A stretch of DNA of 64,000 nt, from the NCBI GenBank assembly GCA_964016885.1, contig OZ024745.1, positions 133,672,001-133,736,000 on the forward strand. Direction: 5' to 3'. The notes beneath the pieces were generated by a model, which saw nothing but the letters and a program-made list of their open reading frames with translations, did no database searches and was not told the DNA's origin. The translations under genes and the position numbers were made by a program. How positions within the stretch are numbered: the first letter of the stretch is position 1; every line of letters begins with the position of its first letter. This document shows positions 26,287 through 42,155 of the stretch, one piece after another. Origin of the DNA: Eledone cirrhosa. Lineage: Eukaryota.

Positions 26287-26947
26287 TCGATTCATACCTA
26301 ATATAATATCCCCTAGCTTCATATAAGCGGTCGATAACGGTTCAGTTATTCTTTGCTAAACAAACTATTTCAAAGCTTTTGTATTGAGGCGGTGAAAATC
26401 CCTTTGTTTTTACACCCTGTAGACAACCGCCAAAATTTCGGCTAGCGTGACCTCACTCTTTCGAAATAGGTCATGTGACAACACAGGCAGGATTACTACT
26501 ATGGCTAGATCACCTCGTTTGTCAGACCGAACTTTGGACTTAAGGAGCAAAGCCTGCCGATGAAGGGATCTCCGGTGCCATCGTGGAAGAGCACACATGT
26601 ATTGCATGGACATTTTGCAACTTGTTATATAACACCTATGTGAGATTTGTATCGATTATATATATATAAATCAATATGAGAACGTCTAGGTTAGATGTCA
26701 ACCTATATTTCTACTTGTATTATATGTATGGTCACTGCCTTGGGTCGTTTTCCTTGGTGTCACACTTGTTAACGGTTATGTTTCTTCTGGACGCTAATGT
26801 ATTAACATAACCGATCGAGTGTTTTCTGATTGCTTCAAACAACTCGATTAGTACCGGCTACATGCCAAGTACAACATCGATTCATACCTAATATATGTTT
26901 TATTCCTTCCATACACTGTACCATTTGTGTATTTCCGTTTACCTTTC
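26287..26947 (+). mobile_element. ~590-bp microsatellite-flanked unit with 19-bp direct overlap (pLTR-like)
   Basis: tcgattcatacctaatata at 26287 and 26877; tail 26903-26946 matches reverse complement of 49072-49121. Confidence 0.45.
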
Positions 26948-27092
26948 ACACACACACACACAAACACTTATATATATATATACGGACATACACACAAGCC
27001 TGAACCTCATATAACTTGTGTATTGTTGCATTTCTATCTTTGTTTTATTTCCGTTATTAACTATATATATATAGAGATTTATATTATATAAC

Positions 27093-27125
<33 letters not shown>

Positions 27126-27145
27126 ACATATATAACATAGATAAC

Positions 27146-27228
<83 letters not shown>

Positions 27229-27941
27229 AGAAAGGTAACACACGACTTGATATATATAAAAACAAATAGTAGGAAGGAAAAGGATTTTTTTCATTAGAAA
27301 ATGTTGAAGAGATTTTTTAGTGAAATTTCAAAACATTAATTTATTTACAATACCTGTTTCAGCATTAAATGCATTGTCAATTGCGGATATGCAGAATATT
27401 GTTAAGTTGCTCATTTGTACAAATAGTGAAAATAATGATAATAACAAAAAATACAGAGAGGGGAAGAAAAATTAATTTTCACATACATGTTCCTTCAGAG
27501 AAGAAAGTCAATGTGTCTGTCCATCCTTCTCTGCTAATAGCTTGGTTGTGACTGGAGAGGGTAGAAGCAGGAGGAGAGAGGAGAATATAAAGCAGAGTGA
27601 GGAGGTAGGGGGATGGCTGTTGTGACTGCAGGCTGCTATGTGGGACCCTTTGAATAGTGGATACAAGGTTTGGCTGGGATTGGTTTGAAAGGCTGGGTGA
27701 CCTTAGAGTTGACCGGGGGGGGGGGGTGCTTCTAAAAGTATCTGTCTTGGTAGTTTTTATTAGAAGAAATCATCAACATTGACCTTGTTTTTTTGCCACA
27801 AAGAAGATTCAGAGTTATTGAAATATTAATTCGATCCCTAGCAGTAATTTTAGATTTAGGGGAATGGAGAAAGTTTTGCTAAAAAGAGGGGTTCAGAGCC
27901 ACTGGAATACCCATTCTATCTTCAGCAGAAGCATCCAGATT

Positions 27942-28080
27942 CTAGTGCAATACTGATACTTTATTATATCGACCTCGCAAGGATGAAAGGCAAAGTTAAC
28001 TTCGGTGGGATTTGAAATCAGATCATAATGGGCCGTAACTCTATGCATAGCATGGTGTCCGACCCTGTACCGATGACCGC
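27942..28080 (-). mobile_element. Partial SINE
   Basis: atcgacctcgcaaggatgaaaggcaaagttaacttcgg... consensus core. Confidence 0.8.
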
Positions 28081-29119
28081 ATTACAACGTAAAATGAAGG
28101 GGTTTAAACTAGTTGTTGTGCCACTAGAAAAAGACGTCTGTTAATTTTCGGAATTCGTAAGCATCTCGAAAGATCATAGAAAATGTTTACACAGACAATT
28201 GAAAAGACAGGACATGTTAACAAGAAACATGTGAAGTCAAATACATATTGAACTCACATCTATATCTTAACAATATTTACAGTGAGATGTCCTATACACA
28301 CTTACAGTACACATACAGTCGAAATACACTAATAAAAAACAAACAGAAAAAATATTCACACACGCAATTATGAATAACGGAACAATTATTATTGAAATAC
28401 GCATGTTCATATATATTTATATACCGAACGAACAGTAAAAAATACAGCCGCAATGAAAACAAAGTTAAAAAACGATTATTTCACCGATGCTAAAAAAGTC
28501 AATAACTTTTTTATGTGTGTGTATGGGGGTGAGAAAATTTCCTTTTGATTCACTTAAAAACGACTCTAATTTCCATATGCAAATTTATAACAAGACATAG
28601 ATTCAGCTAGTTACACAAGTGGATGTATTGTTTTCTTTCACTCTTCAAAATAATGAAAACTCCATTAATTTGCAATTTGTATTTTTCTACTTTTGATACC
28701 GTTTCTATTATTGTTTTGTTTTTGTTGATTTTTTTATTTTGTTGGGGGTCTTTTTTTCTATTTTATTCTATATTATATTTTTTAATACTTGTCCTGTCTT
28801 TTTCTAATCTGATATGATATATTGTATCTGTTGTTTTTGCGTTCATATTTCACATTTATAGAAGGTGTCATGCTGTTATAGTCTTCCTTTAGGTAAACAG
28901 CTGTCAATACTACATGGTCCTCTTGTACTCTCTCCATATAAATAGTCCAGCAAGTCAGTCATATCATCAGAATTCGGCATCGTATTCTTTCTCTCACTTT
29001 ACTTCTTCTTATAGTCGGGGTCTGTAGTGATGATGGCGTCGCCAACGGTGTTGCTGATCTTTCATCGCTACCATCAATACCAACATTATGTTTCTAATTT
29101 AAAACAGCTTTTAATTATA

Positions 29120-29568
29120 AGTATTAAGGCAGTGGTAACGGAGAGGACTTCCAGCTAGGACCTGAGTATTAAGGTAGTGATAACGGAGAGGACTTCCAGC
29201 TAGGACCTGAGTATTAAGGCAGTGCTAACGGAGAGGACTTCCAGCTAGGACCTGAGTTTTAAGACAGTGCTAACGGAGAGGACTTCCAGCTGGGACCTGA
29301 GTTTTAAGGCAGTGGTAACGGAGAGGACTTCAAGCTAGGACCTGAGTTTTAAGGCAGTGGTAACGGAGAGGACTTCCAGCTAGGACCTGAGTTTTAAGGC
29401 AGTGCTAACAGAGAGGACTTCCAGCTATGACCTGAGTTTTAAGGAAGTGGTAACGGAGAGGACTTCCAGCTAGGACCTGAGTTTAAGGCAGTGGTAACGG
29501 AGAGAACTTCCAGCTAGGACCTGAGTTTTAAGGCAGTGGTAACGGAGGGGACTTCCAGCTAGGACCTG
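29120..29568. repeat. 45-bp minisatellite, 10 copies
   Basis: Unit ttaaggcagtggtaacggagaggacttccagctaggacctgagt(a/t); contiguous with no spacers. Confidence 0.95.
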
Positions 29569-30737
29569 TCAACAAAATATTTATACGGTTTTAATATACA
29601 AGAATCTGATATTCGAATGGCTATATGACAGTAGAAGGGCAGCCAAGAGTCATAACCTGAATGCAGGCCGGCCCCTAGGTGTATAAGAAATTAAGGGCTG
29701 AAACACTCTCTTGAGGGCGTTTTTTAAATCTGAAAACCTTCTTTAACCCAACTCACCAGAGAGTTTCCTACGACTATATATCGAATGAGTGGGAAAGCGA
29801 TCGAAGATTTTTCGGTTATATCCGATGATTTCGTTTCAGTAATATTTTCTTTTCTTCTGGATATATATACCAAACTGCGTGGACCAATGTATTGATTGAA
29901 TTTGAATTGTGAAGAAAGAACGTAGCTCTTAACTTCATAAGCTACAAATGGACATAATATCAGGAGACATCACAATCTGTAAAATATTCTTACGATTCAA
30001 AGAACGATGACAATTTCCTTTGCTTTACAACTTTGCCACCGGGAAGGTGGCCGGTCAAAAATAAACTCAAAGTTAAGAGAAAGAAGGAACATACATATTT
30101 GAAGTAGGTTTGCATTATTCTTGACTCGTTCTCCCATTTTGATATTATTTTTGGCTCCGTTTATCTTCTAGTCGACAAAAACCATGGAATTTACTAATTG
30201 ACATGTACCGTTCCACGTTACTCGAAATACACACACTATAAGATTATTAATAAAGAAAATGATCACATACTTTCAGTATTTAGTTTTGATTTCAGAATTC
30301 AATTTCTAATGATTTATTTGCCTTATTTTCTATGGTTTTTCTTTGTGATATCTTTCATTTGCAAATCTTCTTTTAACTCCTTCGTAGTTTTTCAATTATA
30401 TTTCTCAGTTTCCAGCCTATAATTATATGAATTATATTTTCTCTATTTCATTCTTTCCAATCCTAATATCATACAACGTTGGTGGATTTTTTCCTCTTAT
30501 TTTCAATTTCCCTCATTCTACAGCGTTAATCTATAATTTTATAATTGGAAAATATTCTTTCTCAATTTGTCTATCGGCTCGCGATTCAGAAATAAACCGA
30601 ATCAAACAAATTTGAAATTTTAAAATCAAGTAACACCTCAACCGATTAACCGATAAAACATATATGAAATCATTGAAATAGAGAATATTACAAATACTAT
30701 AACTCTGAATTAGTATAATCTAAGAAGCCTTCATGTA

Positions 30738-30940
30738 TAGGCACAAGGCCAGCAATTTTGAGGAAGAGAAAGTCGATTAAATCGACCCCAGTGCGTGACT
30801 GGTACTTCATTTTATCGACCCTGTAAGGATGAAAGGCAAAGTTAACCTCGGCGGGATTTGAAATTAGACCATAAAGGGCCGTAACTCTTTGCTGCAAAGC
30901 ATGGTGTCAGACCCTCTACCGATGCTGCCAATCCATCACC
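30738..30940 (-). mobile_element. SINE, long variant
   Basis: Consensus plus extra ttttgaggaagagaaagtcgattaaatcgac segment. Confidence 0.88.
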
Positions 30941-30956
30941 AAACGTTAATGATAAT

Positions 30957-31006
30957 TGTGTCTACCTTTGGCACAAGGCCAGCAATTACCCAGTGCATTA
31001 CTGGTA
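30957..31006 (-). mobile_element. 50-bp 5'-truncated SINE tail with 18-bp TSD
   Basis: ccaaacgttaatgataat at 30939-30956 and 31007-31024 flanks the SINE 3' end. Confidence 0.85.
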
Positions 31007-31474
31007 CCAAACGTTAATGATAATATGACAGTCGCAATGCTAGAAATTTAGAGAAGAGGAAAAGTGTATTGTATGTATCCCAGATTTTGACTGGTGATAA
31101 TTTTAGTGGATTCCAGCAAATAAAACAAAGCTCGATCATAAATAAATCTATAATTTACAGAGTATAAAATGGAAGTATACAAGGGATAACTATAACAAAT
31201 ACAGGATGGTTACGTTTGGAACACCTTTCATTATATGATTTTTTAGTGATGACTGATTCTGAGATAAGGAACAACACATGAATGATATATCTCATTTATG
31301 AAACAAATCAACGTTTATTTCCGGGGGAAAACATTATCTCATTGTATATTAGTAACAGCAATGTCCCAAATAGTTATTTAAGGAATACAATATACCCTTT
31401 TAAAACCTTCGTTAGGATCCATTAAAAATCGGTGAACATTCCGTACTTATGGCAAAGATGCCTACCCAAAAGAC

Positions 31475-31589
<115 letters not shown>

Positions 31590-32491
31590 TTGTTTGTGCG
31601 TGTTTTGTTGAAGACATGACTTTTCTAATTTTATCTTTCATACTTACGTTCTTTGGGAACAATAAACTACTTGAAACTATCAACACATTCTTAGACATTT
31701 ACAGTTATATCTTCAGGGTATGAAGTGTCGTTGACAACTGCACTGCCACGTTTATAGTAGCGGTATGTTAATTTTGTAATGTCTACCACAAAAATGTGCT
31801 CGTTACTAGACATATATTGGCTGCGTGTTAGCATTTTATGTCGTGAATACTTCTAGCATTTTTCGGCTATTCTCATGTTAGATTCTATATAGTATGGAAG
31901 TCCACCAACTATGTGCTAACTAGATTTACTTTGAATTTTGTCGTGTAGAGTATATCAACTATTGCTTGTTGAAAGGGCATAAAGAGCCTTCAAATGTTTT
32001 TATTGCCAGTGTAATAGCTGGGTCGTGAGTTATAAAGTACCCACTTTAACAATCGAATTTAATGAACTACGTAGCGTGTAGCTTGTAAGTGGAACTTAGT
32101 ACTATGGCTAAAGAGTGTGGTGTGGTCTGTTCTAAATGTATGCTACGGTAGGTCACGGAAATCGTCTTTTTGTGTAAGTAAAGTTATCTTTCCTGTGCAA
32201 AGTTAATTAGTTATATTTATATTGTTTTGAATCCGTCTAGAAAATAAAATTTGAATTTGATCAAGAACAATTATATTCTGTTTAATAACTGTTATAATTT
32301 ATAAACTGTGATAATTTATCTATTTTCTTCGTTACCATTAAAATGTGACCTTCTCCGTTTTCTAACTCACGGCGTTATTCTTCGTATTTTCTCTTCAATA
32401 AATATCTACAGGAATTCTGTCGTACATTTGTATACTTTATATTGTGCATTTATCTATTGGTTTATACAGGGAACAAATAAGACTGTATTCA

Positions 32492-32705
32492 TAAGGTTGG
32501 GCATTAAGTCGCGCACCAAAAGCGTGAACTGTCGGGTAGAATGTCAGGCAGTAAAAATAATCAGCACCTAAACATCACAGATGATAGTATGATGAAAGCA
32601 ATACCTTTGTTATTTCAATATGTTTTGTTATTAATCCAATACAGTGCACATGTATACTAAATTGTTTTTAATGTGTTTGGTGCGTGACTTATGACCCAGC
32701 CTGTA
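32492..32705. mobile_element. Tc1/mariner-type MITE
   Basis: Imperfect ~29-bp TIRs aggttgggcattaagtcgcgcaccaaa / tttggtgcgtgacttatgacccagcctgTA. Confidence 0.65.
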
Positions 32706-33597
32706 TATCGTTTTTATAAATGTTTACCATATAAAGTTTAAATAACCGTAATGTGAAACATTATAAATACCTGCCCATTGTATATATTCATATGGTGGCT
32801 CTGAATTTCCACAGATATCACTGGTAAAGGTTCAACTTGAATATTGTTACAAATGAAGCACTAGATAACGTTCTTTGGAATAAAACAAGCACAACACTCA
32901 ACGGACTATAAACAAGCACACCACACAACAGATTATAAAGAGGAAAATAGATGAAAGTGCATTCATATTATATCGGATTAACTACAAAAATTATTAATCA
33001 ATTATGGAATCATAGCTCATGCCACAGCAAAATTATACAACTATGAAAAAACTGGAAGATAAGACTTGAATTAGGCAGGACTGCTCAGAAAAAGAAAACT
33101 CGAATAGTTAAACCTAAACCACGAAAAGGAAAATAAAGAATACTAGAAAATGATCCCTATCAATGAGCCAAAAGTGTTACTGTGTGTCTACTCGCATACT
33201 AGTTGTGATGTCGTCACAAGGTACAGTCCTATTGACCTCGTACTTGTCATGGTAATATGTACTATTAGAGGAATGCGTAAGATAAACTACCACAGTTCAC
33301 TGTAAAAGCTACTTCCAGTTCATGTTTAAATTATGTACCACAGGTGATGAATAATTTGTAAAAAACTAATTAAAACCTCAACCTATTAAATGTGTTTCTT
33401 TTCAATATGCGACACTGTCTCTCAAAATAATCTGTTTAAACTGAAGAAGCTAAAACGAACTCGTTTCCTGGATACTGGATGAAGTAAATTAGTAAACAAT
33501 GGAACGATAGAGACGAAAGTAATTATTTATAAACCTTTACTGACTTATCTATATTGACAAACTTGTTCTGAATCATAAGATTCCAGAAGAAATGTTC

Positions 33598-33684
33598 ACG
33601 AATAGCAGCCATTTCTAGCAATATAGTAGACCGTTGTTTACACGAATAGCAGCCATTTCTAGCAATATAGCAGACCATTGTTTA
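33598..33684. repeat. 44-bp tandem duplication
   Basis: cacgaatagcagccatttctagcaatatag(t/c)agacc(g/a)ttgttta twice. Confidence 0.85.
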
Positions 33685-33774
33685 CACATCTCAATATTTC
33701 AAATATTTGTAGACTTCTCATAAAGAATTTATTCATTCAAATACAAATATGCATAAAGTTTGAATGTGTGTGAG

Positions 33775-33838
<64 letters not shown>

Positions 33839-34020
33839 TGTGTGTGTGTGTCTGTATATGTGAGTGTGTGTGTATGTATTTATTTATTTATATTATATTT
33901 ATATATATATGTATATATATATATGTGGGTGGTGGCGAGAGGTGAGTGTGCCTACGTCTGTGTATGTGTCTGTGTGTATACGCCTGTGTAAGAGAATGCG
34001 TGTGTATGTATTTATTTATT

Positions 34021-34066
<46 letters not shown>

Positions 34067-34351
34067 TATATTTGTGTCTGTGTGTATGTTTCTGAGTATG
34101 TGAATGTGTATATGTGTATGTGTATGTGAATATGTGTGTATGTATTTATTTATATTATATATATATATATGTGTCTCTGTGTGTATGTGTCTGTGTAGGT
34201 GTAGTGTCCTCACACCGAACATTGTCTAGTGATAGAGCATTAGACAATGAACGTAAATAAAGCTTTAGAAGAATATACATTCTTCTGTAAATAAGTGGTT
34301 TCCAATAGAAGAAAGTATGATTTGTGTATGAAATAAAGTGGAAAGTGATTC

Positions 34352-34506
34352 TAACAAAGAAGGAAAGTCTGAGACAGTGAAATAGAGAGAGTGAGAATGT
34401 AACAAAGAAGGAAAGTCTGAGATAGAGAGTGAAAGAGAGAGAGTGAGAATGTAACAAAGAAGGAAAGTCTGAGACAGGGAAATAGAGAGAGTGAGAATGT
34501 AACAAA
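34352..34506. repeat. ~50-bp purine-rich minisatellite, 3 copies
   Basis: taacaaagaaggaaagtctgaga...gagagagtgagaatg repeated. Confidence 0.85.
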
Positions 34507-35042
34507 AAAAGATGAATAATTGCCTAAAATAAAACAGAGAAAGATTTTTAGATAAAGTGATAAAGATTGAGAAGAGAAAGAAAGGATAAGACGTGATAGA
34601 GAAAGAAAGGAGAAGACGTGAAAAGATTGAAGTACTGAACAACTAATACTAATCAGCAATTTTACTGCCAATCGTTGAAAACTATTGAACAGTTTTCATC
34701 AATAACTATTCGTAAAAATCATCAATAGGAACATAGAGGTTGACAGAATTGACATAATAGCTATTATTGAGATTCTACTGTAAATAAAGCATAAATATTT
34801 CATGTGGAATTTGGCTCTATTCTTCTAGAAGTTTCTGTGAAACCGTCCAGAATAAATCAGCATCGTCCCAACAGTTATAACCAATTGTAATAAAAGGTCG
34901 ACCAGTATGATACCAATTTTGTATTTTATTTTATATTACTTTCTGTTGTGTGTAGATCTATAACCTTCAAACACACGCACACTTACACATACACACACAC
35001 ATACACACAAACACACGCACGCACTTATACAAACACATATGG

Positions 35043-36180
<1,138 letters not shown>

Positions 36181-36653
36181 GCTTGTGGGGCGGAGGTGAC
36201 AAGGAGAGAGATAGAGCGTGTGTTTCATTGATTCCTTTTTTCGATTTAGTTTTACAAAGAAAGAAAAAGCCTCTGCTAACGATTTTCATTGGAACTGAAT
36301 TCAATGCAATTCCAAATTTGATTGATTTTGATAACTGTGAATGTTTGTCCTATTATTCATATGAATTGAGATTCCATTTTGATGTTCGCATCTAAGAATT
36401 TAACGACATGCATCACACTGATGTAAAGACCCCAGAAAGATATGATATATTTATTCATACTGACAGTATATATTAGTTTATGTATAGCCATACATTTTAT
36501 GTCCACAATTCCTCTTAGTGACTAACATTAAAATTGTTGCACATTTACGAGCTGAAGATATTTTGCATACAACTCTTATTTCTGGCGTACTTTTCTCCAC
36601 ATTTATCTAATTATAAACATACACACGTACACACCTACAGATAAACGTATATG

Positions 36654-36789
<136 letters not shown>

Positions 36790-37042
36790 TATATATATAT
36801 ATGTATATGTTGTTTACCTTTTACATACATATATATGTGTGTGTATATATATATCCTATGTTAAAGTATCAATACATATTTAATATGAATGATGATCATG
36901 TTTCTCAATAAATAAGCTCAATGGACCTTGATTCAAAGCGTTAATAATTTCATTTAAAAAATATATAGAGAATGAGAGAAGGAGAGAGAACCATATATCG
37001 TTTCCCACGCCCTCTCTCTCTCTCTCGCCCCTATCTCTCACT

Positions 37043-37420
37043 CTGCAGACACTAGTTTCTGGGTGATTACCCTTCATCAATACAGTATACTGCTTACCTG
37101 CCAACTGACAGGTATGTATATTCAACCATGTAAACCGATAAACTATTTGTTAGTTATTTGAATTTGGCAAAGCCAGCCATTAATATCTGATATACATGAA
37201 ACTGACTGGCCTGTCTGCTGATATGCAAATCTGGCCGATCAGTGGGTCTGCTAATATGCTGACCTGAATGATCAGCCAGTCTGCTAATATGCAAATCAGG
37301 CCGATCAATCACTGTATATTTTAGAAAATATAATATATTTTCACTAGCTCTGACAGTTGGCAGGTAAGCAGTATATGGTACTGATGAAGGATGATACCCC
37401 AGAAACATTAGTGTCTGCAG
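37043..37420. mobile_element. Element with inverted ends, each a hammerhead (37043-37085 minus, 37376-37420 plus)
   Basis: actgcttacctgccaactg / cagttggcaggtaagcagt inverted; plus CTGATGA aggatgatacccca GAAAcattagtGTC tgcag; minus ctgta tTGATGA a-gggt-aatc-accc-a GAAActagtGTC tgcag; internal ~36-bp repeats 37205-37312. Confidence 0.75.
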
Positions 37421-37833
37421 TTCTGTTTACATGCCAACACAAGAGCAAAAATGATGGCGTTATTCTACTGACATTGGTTAAGAGGCTGTTTGCATAGTTG
37501 CAAACGAATCGAATATTATTATTAATATTCGAAAAACTCAGATTACATTTATTATATAAATATATATATCCAGTGAATATCCAACCGATAAGGTGTGATT
37601 TTCATGGGTATGTCTCTATTTATAAAACAAACTTTGTAGTTTATCTGATGAAAGCGTACCAATGTGTCTTGGTACCCTTGAAATATATGTAATAAAATAA
37701 ATATGGTTTTATAAATATAGTTTCCATTTATTTAATATCATTGAATATTTACTCCAGTAAGCTGTTGAGTGCTCTAAATCAGTTATAAACATTTATATTT
37801 GTCGGACTTCCAACAAATTTAATACCCCTTCTA

Positions 37834-37870
<37 letters not shown>

Positions 37871-37989
37871 CAACATATATATATATTTTTTTTTGTTATA
37901 CTTGGGGAGGGTCATATTGTTGTAATAATATTGCCAGAAATAATTACAGAACACACTCACTGTATATTAGTATAGATTAAAGCAAAGAA

Positions 37990-40030
37990 TCACTGCTTTC
38001 ACCCTACCACGGGATCTTCTGAAACTGAGAAAAAAAAATACATATATCATTGTACCAGCTCATGCTTCTCTGATATTTGTAACGCCACTAAATGTATTTC
38101 CATCTTAATTTCTGTTTACCTCGAATGCAGGAAATTTAACCAGTTGGTAACCATTCTGTCAGCATCTATGTCCATTTTATCACGTATTTTGATTTAGTTT
38201 CGACAAGCATTTTTTGTATCTTACCTTTTAATATTCGAGGCTTCTACTTCATATTTTCAGTCATCACTCTGGCAGTGTTCAACAGGTCATTGCTGCTATG
38301 AAGCACTTATTAAGAATAGTTTGCTTCGGGCATAGACAGCAGTTCCCTGCCTTTTCCCTTTCTTTTCTTCTTTATAGTTTCCTATTTCACATTCCATTGT
38401 TTCTCCTCAATCTAAATTTTCTAATTTTCTTCTTTTTTTTTTCAAACTGAACTCTATTTACATGATATATTCCATAAATGAATAAAATTTATTTTCCTAT
38501 TGTTTGATAATTTAGCAAAGGTACGCCGATCGTCTCCGACACATTTTCTTTAAATTGCTGTACACCACTTTTGACAACTGTCCGAGATGACTATATTTTT
38601 CAGTTGTTATATTATCACTTCTTGCATGGTTGTTAAACATGGCTTCTGTTTCTTCATATTTATTTTTACTCCTGGCTAGTTGCTTTCACAGTTGACTTTA
38701 TTTAAAATTTGCTTTACATTATGATCTCCATTGTCGTCAGAAATGGATAAATGACTTATAAATCTGATGTTTATGTTAATTGCTTTTTCATTCTAGTTAA
38801 GTTTCAAATGTTCTTCAGTGAAGCATTGAAACGTTTCTCCAATATTGATGATGTTCCTTAGATATATATTTTCTTCAAATCCTCTATATATGTTTAATGT
38901 ATTTTTTAATCAATATGAGGTCAGATACAGCTCAGAATTCAATGCTATTCGATACTTTTTTCTTCATATTCTGAACTATAATTGTTATCTATATATTCCA
39001 TGATTCTGAATAATTTTCTACGTGAGATTTAAGCGAGCGAAGTGTTGAAGATATACTTCTGAAACCTGCTTGTTGCGTGTATTGATTAATGTTCAATGAG
39101 GATTGTGAGCCCCTTGGTTAATGGTTCCTACGAGTTGTTCAGAATGAAGATAAATCTGTAGTTTTTAAGATATGTAATGCCATCTTTCATGTCATATAAA
39201 GGTATGATGGTGGCTTATCCCCAGTGTACAGGTAGTTCCTTAGCTATGAGGATCATTGTATGTATCAAGCGCCAATAGTTTGAGACCGAATCACATGCGT
39301 GTGAGGGCGGGTTGTACAAATGAATGTGTTGTGCTTTGGGTGGATCATTTTATCAATAAAAAACACATGATAGATATGGTTTTCTCAGTTTAATTCTTAA
39401 CTGTTTATCAGACAATTTTCGTCTTACTATTGTGTACTTTACAATGATTTTTTCTTTTATAGTACTGATTTTTCCTTCCTTCTTGTTCCCAAACTTATGA
39501 TGTACGTGCTGCTGCCAATTTAAGGCCGTGTCTTGTTTGGAGGCTCTGTGTACGTATTTTATAGAATGTAGTTTTGGTTTGTGTGTGTTTTCGTGCATTG
39601 TTTGGCTTTAATTGAAACTAAGCTTACTTCGTCCCACTTCCTATATTACTGTAGCAGTGGGGAATACTTGGGAGTTTTTCTATTCCTTCTACTAATGTAT
39701 GAATCCGTAATCTGCTTTGACTATAGGCGCCGCTCTTGTAAACTGTCGGAGTGTTGCATATTTCGGCTGTCTCACCTCAATGTTTATTTCAATATTGTTA
39801 ATTGCTTTATTGTGTTTCAATATAAGATGTTAGTTAACATGGATGTATGAGTCTTTTCAGCGCATTCGTACCAGTATTCTTCAATCCTTTTGTTATATCG
39901 TGGGTCTAATTTCTTTCTGTGCCCATCTAATATTTCACAGACATGTCTCCAGTATATCGAACATAATCCCTTGGTTCCCTTTTGAAGTTGGACCACTATC
40001 TGACTCCTCAAACCGGTGTGAACTATCCGT
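37990..40030 (-). pseudogene. Possible highly decayed LINE (EN/RT) relic
   Basis: Only faint motif echoes (WQQHV, KSGVQQ, ..LTS) in plausible order; no intact frame. Confidence 0.25.
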
Positions 40031-41259
40031 TTTCTTCTGAAACTGAACTGATCAACTAATTTCTCTCATAAAATGGATTACCTACACTATATTGCAAATG
40101 GTGGACATATTTCGTGGGGAAGGAGCTAGTCGATTTGGGGATGTAATCCACATTATTCTGCAGCTAATGTATCTTGGGAATGAATGAATGTCACAGTTTA
40201 TGTCCTACTCTATTAAAATCATTGTATGCTTAGTTCCAAAAAATCAATAGTATATTGTGCTGTGGCGTGTGCCAAAGCGGTTTCCTGGGGAATTACCATC
40301 GATCAAAAATTTAAACGAAAAAGGGAAACAAGACAAAAATCACAAATTAATTCTCCTTTATGCTCTTTCTTAGAACAAATCAAAGCAGCTGCTGTAAGGC
40401 AGTTCTCATAAAGTTATTTGTCTTTATTTCATACCAATTTTCATGTTCCTGAAATAAGAATTCAAGAAACACATTGTTAAAATTCTATTAATTCCACAGA
40501 CTAACATCATGCATGATTGCGTTAAACTCATGATATACGAAAAAAAAACGAAAACTACTGTAAAAATAATATTTAAAAAAATTACAATAACTGACATGCT
40601 TTTGATATTGTAACGAAGCAATGCGAAATGCTTCTACCAAAGCAGATTCCGGTTATTTTCATAGGCGACGTTTTAACGGAAGTGCTTTGAGAATGAAATA
40701 TCGATCGTGTTTTCATTGAATTTCAGCAATCTCATGAAAAATTTTGAAAATTTACCTGACATTTTCTAACGTCCTAAAAGCTAAAACAAATACTGAATGG
40801 TAACTCGTGCTGTTTTAACATAAAATGGGGTGAATATAGATAGCTAAGAATTTAGCTATATATTTTATATATAGATTGATTTCTTAGAATACATACAGGT
40901 CATAACTGTGTAAGAAAGGAATATATATATATTATAAATCTATATTATAAATATATATTATAAATATATATTATAAATATATATTATAAATATATATTAT
41001 AAATATATATTATAAATATATATTATACATATGTGTGTATGTGTTATGTGTGTATGTGTGTGTATAAATATAATTATGATTGGTTTTCCGAAGGGGGTGA
41101 AAATGACCACACTGAAATAAGGTATTCAAAATATTTATAAGATGTATATTTATCACATAGAAATGTCTTCTACCAGGCGGAGACTGCCTCATTCATTTAA
41201 AATTGCCAGGTATATCCTGATTGTTTGAAATGAATGAAACATTACTAATCCAGTTTGAT

Positions 41260-41393
<134 letters not shown>

Positions 41394-41404
41394 ATCAGGG
41401 GCGG

Positions 41405-41470
41405 GTAACATTCCCGAGATCCATGGACGAGTTCTCTCCAGCGGTCTCTGGCCCTCATTACCGCTGCCAT
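41405..41470 (-). mobile_element. Very short RTE-LINE 3' end fragment
   Basis: Translates ARDRWRELVHG, like the DR..WR.LV terminal motif of RTE ORFs. Confidence 0.4.
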
Positions 41471-42155
41471 GGGAAGACACAGGACAAAGAAACAAGCAAA
41501 TGAGTAACCGTGAACAAATAGGATAAGTAAGTTATAGCCAAACTGATAGACTTAAGCCTGGTGGTGGGCTTTAACTAGGAGACGGTATTAATTGTGTTGA
41601 CTCTCTTGTAGACGAGATAGAGTGAGAGAGAGCGAGACACAAGCAACCGGAAGTGAGAGGGAGAAGAGAAAGGGAGATAATCCAAAAGGGGTTTTACGAC
41701 GGTAGTAAAACGTGTCGTAAAATATTGCGAACAGAGGGGTTTTTACGACATGTGTGAACATGTCAACAATCAAAACCGAACGGAGCGAGGGAGAGAGAAA
41801 GAAAAATAATAGTAATGGGATACACACACATATAGGCATATGTTTGTGCGGCGCCCGCCTTGACCAGTCTTGTTCGCAAACCGAAAGAGTTAGAATAATC
41901 AATTAATCAGAGATATTTATCAAATTGCTGCCAATGCTATTTGGCGAAACTGCAGTCGGGACTTTGAAGAAAATATTTTGTTAGAATGTTGTTAGAATGA
42001 AGTTCAAATCCTGCTGAGATTAACTTTACCTTTCACGTTATGGGTAAAAATACGTACCTATGGCCGATTGAATCGGCTTTCTTCTCTCCAAATTTATTAG
42101 CATTGTGCCTCATTCAGATATCAGTATACTCATCATCATTATTATTAATGACTAA

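Noticed and set aside
29120-29568. CRISPR-like appearance of the 45-bp repeat
   Set aside because: Units are contiguous with no unique spacers, no cas genes, eukaryotic context
31728-31752. VVDNCTA resembling a pogo transposase motif
   Set aside because: Too short, with no flanking similarity
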